From positions 930,001 through 994,000 of the forward strand of contig CAJFCJ010000017.1 in the NCBI GenBank assembly GCA_904063045.1: 64,000 nucleotides of DNA, written 5' to 3'. Source of the stretch: Dimorphilus gyrociliatus (lineage: Eukaryota > Animalia > Annelida). This document shows, in pieces, positions 62,107 to 64,000 of the stretch (position 1 is its first letter; each line of letters begins with the position of its first letter). The notes below the pieces were generated by a model. It saw only the letters and a program-made list of their open reading frames with translations. It had not been told where the DNA came from and ran no database searches. The translations under genes and the position numbers were made by a program.

Positions 62107-63627
62107 GAGGGCGCGGGTTTTCCTGCGCGCCAGATGGGAATGAATCAGAATTTCTTTACCGGTCGCTGCTCTTTTATTATATTTATCTACAAATCGACTC
62201 ATCAATTGAAAGGTGAAGATATATATATATATATTTGTGTAAAAAAAGGATTATACAGTGATTAAAAAAGAGCATGCAAGGTGTTTATTACCAAGAGTAT
62301 GTTAGATATTTTAGTTAATGTTTATTAAAAGTTCTAAGTAAAAATCGATATACAAATAAATTTCTCCCAGGCATTTGTCCTCTGTATACAGCATGCGAAA
62401 TTTTATTTAATACAACCTTGATCGTAGGAGTTCTTTGTAAATAAAAATTCAATTTTTTGCGTCAGATGTAAAAAAAAAATTATTCTTTTAAATCTAGGCA
62501 CATACGTCTTGTATATTATTGGTATATACAATTAACATTATATACTATATAGCATGTGATATAAAATATAATATTTTTAAAAGACTAGTATAGTTTTATT
62601 ATTTTTGTAATAGTAGAATAAATGAAATATACATTATAATTATTATCTAGAAAAAGAAAGCTATACAAAATAAATAATATATATGTAATATAATACATTA
62701 TACCGTGTAATAATATATTGTATTATAACTATAAAAAAGGTCTACATTCTTTAATAACCTTTATGAACATTATAGCTATAAACTTTTATTCATGATATAG
62801 TTTATTTAACCTTGTAAGATTGAATAAATGGGTCAGTTAACCTCCGATAAAGGATTATAATTGCAATAATAGCAAACTATTTCTGTGAATAACCTCTGCT
62901 TCTAGTACGTTGTGATTAAAGTACTCAAATATAAGAGTCAAACAGCTACCTCTCTTTTCATTTGAATTCAGAGTTATTGCTGTTATAACTTTTATAAAAG
63001 AATAAATGAATATTAAAGAAAATTAAATAAAATTTTATGTTATTGAAGAAAGGTCGACTTGACTTTTTTGAGCATCAATTTCAGTAAACACTATGATTCA
63101 TGTTATGTAAAAGTTTGTACCAAGGCAGAGATATTCAACAAAGAAAGTAGGCCTATACATTTTTTGTTGTTGTTGCAAGCTAGTCAGTGATACAATAAAG
63201 TCATTTCCATATTCTATTTTATAAGTAATGAATGTTGATTAATCTTTCATGATTTGAACTTTTGAACTTTTTTAATACCCTTATCCATTTACCTACATCC
63301 GCATGTTAGATTTATATGGAAACTGACGAAATATGCGTTCTACGTAATTGTAATTTTTGAAGGCCTATACTGGTACATATATATTTACGTTTATGTTGCA
63401 TCTAATAATTGGAAGCGTTCCAAGTATGATCGTTGAGTCAAGTCACGTGTAGAATCCTAATAGCGAACGCAGTATATAAGAGAAATATTTTAACCTTGTG
63501 TGACAGTTAGAAACAGGTTACAATACTTGTTAAGCTTCAATGTAATTTTTCAAATTGTTTGAAATTCCTAGTTTACGACGTATAACAGCCTTGTAATTGT
63601 TTATGCTGTTAGGTGTACAGGTTCTAA

Positions 63628-64000
63628 ATGATGAAAAATAGAAGAAAGATTGATCCTTTCGCTCCTGATATAGAAGAATGCGAAGAGACGAAACCCAAAC
63701 CAGTCATGCCTGAGCCCGTTCAGATGGAAGCTCACATTTATCTGCCTCCATTACCAAGGAAGAGACTTAGTTCTAAAGAAGAATTTCTTCGAGTTTTGGC
63801 AAATGATAATGGTGGATCTATTAATAATGCTGATTTGGAGCCATCGGACAGTAGTTCAGAAAGTGACACTGAGTTAATTCGTAGTAGAGGATGTCCACTA
63901 GCAGTTTGCGAAACTGAAGATCCTTTTGTACAGCAACTAACCAAGTTAAGATTATGGGATAGTCATCTACCGGATAGGGTCAGAAAGAAGAACAGTTTAA
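63628..64000 (+). CDS. 5' part of an unidentified protein; ORF runs off the window end
   Basis: 124 open codons after an acceptor near 63612-63620: MMKNRRKIDPFAPDIEECEETKPKPVMPEPVQMEAHIYLPPLPRKRL..SDSSSESDTE..QQLTKLRLWDSHLPDRVRKKNSL. Confidence 0.7.
   Translation, partial: MMKNRRKIDPFAPDIEECEETKPKPVMPEPVQMEAHIYLPPLPRKRLSSKEEFLRVLANDNGGSINNADLEPSDSSSESDTELIRSRGCPLAVCETEDPFVQQLTKLRLWDSHLPDRVRKKNSL

Overview
AT-rich, very gene-dense animal genomic DNA with mostly ~50-70 nt GT-AG introns. It resembles a miniaturised invertebrate genome, possibly a spiralian such as a compact annelid; this is inference. I can assemble about 27 protein-coding genes: Rab40 (3' end), HSPBP1, an orphan HEAT-repeat protein, B9D1, RPL28, OTUD7, ELL, a small NDUFA3-like gene absent from the ORF track, CEP95, a conventional and a divergent actin, a peptide-type GPCR, ATP5PO, TAK1, a delphilin-like formin, WAPL, SERF, FAM174, a PRXL2/SelU-family gene, DCAF4, OVCA2, MARF1, a double C-type lectin, PIKfyve, RPL26, ACADSB and the 5' end of an unknown gene. 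There is also one tRNA-Leu(TAA). Strongest hidden signals: (1) a selenoprotein with an in-frame TGA in a UxxC motif, a canonical 3'UTR SECIS and an unusual cysteine string; (2) two intronic snoRNAs with exact rRNA guides, a U31-type C/D in RPL26 and an H/ACA in ATP5PO; (3) a divergent actin whose centre, including an intron, has been homogenised with its neighbour; (4) a MARF1 lacking the NYN nuclease; (5) several candidate microexons or cassette exons. All gene models were assembled by eye and family names come from recalled motifs; no database search was run.
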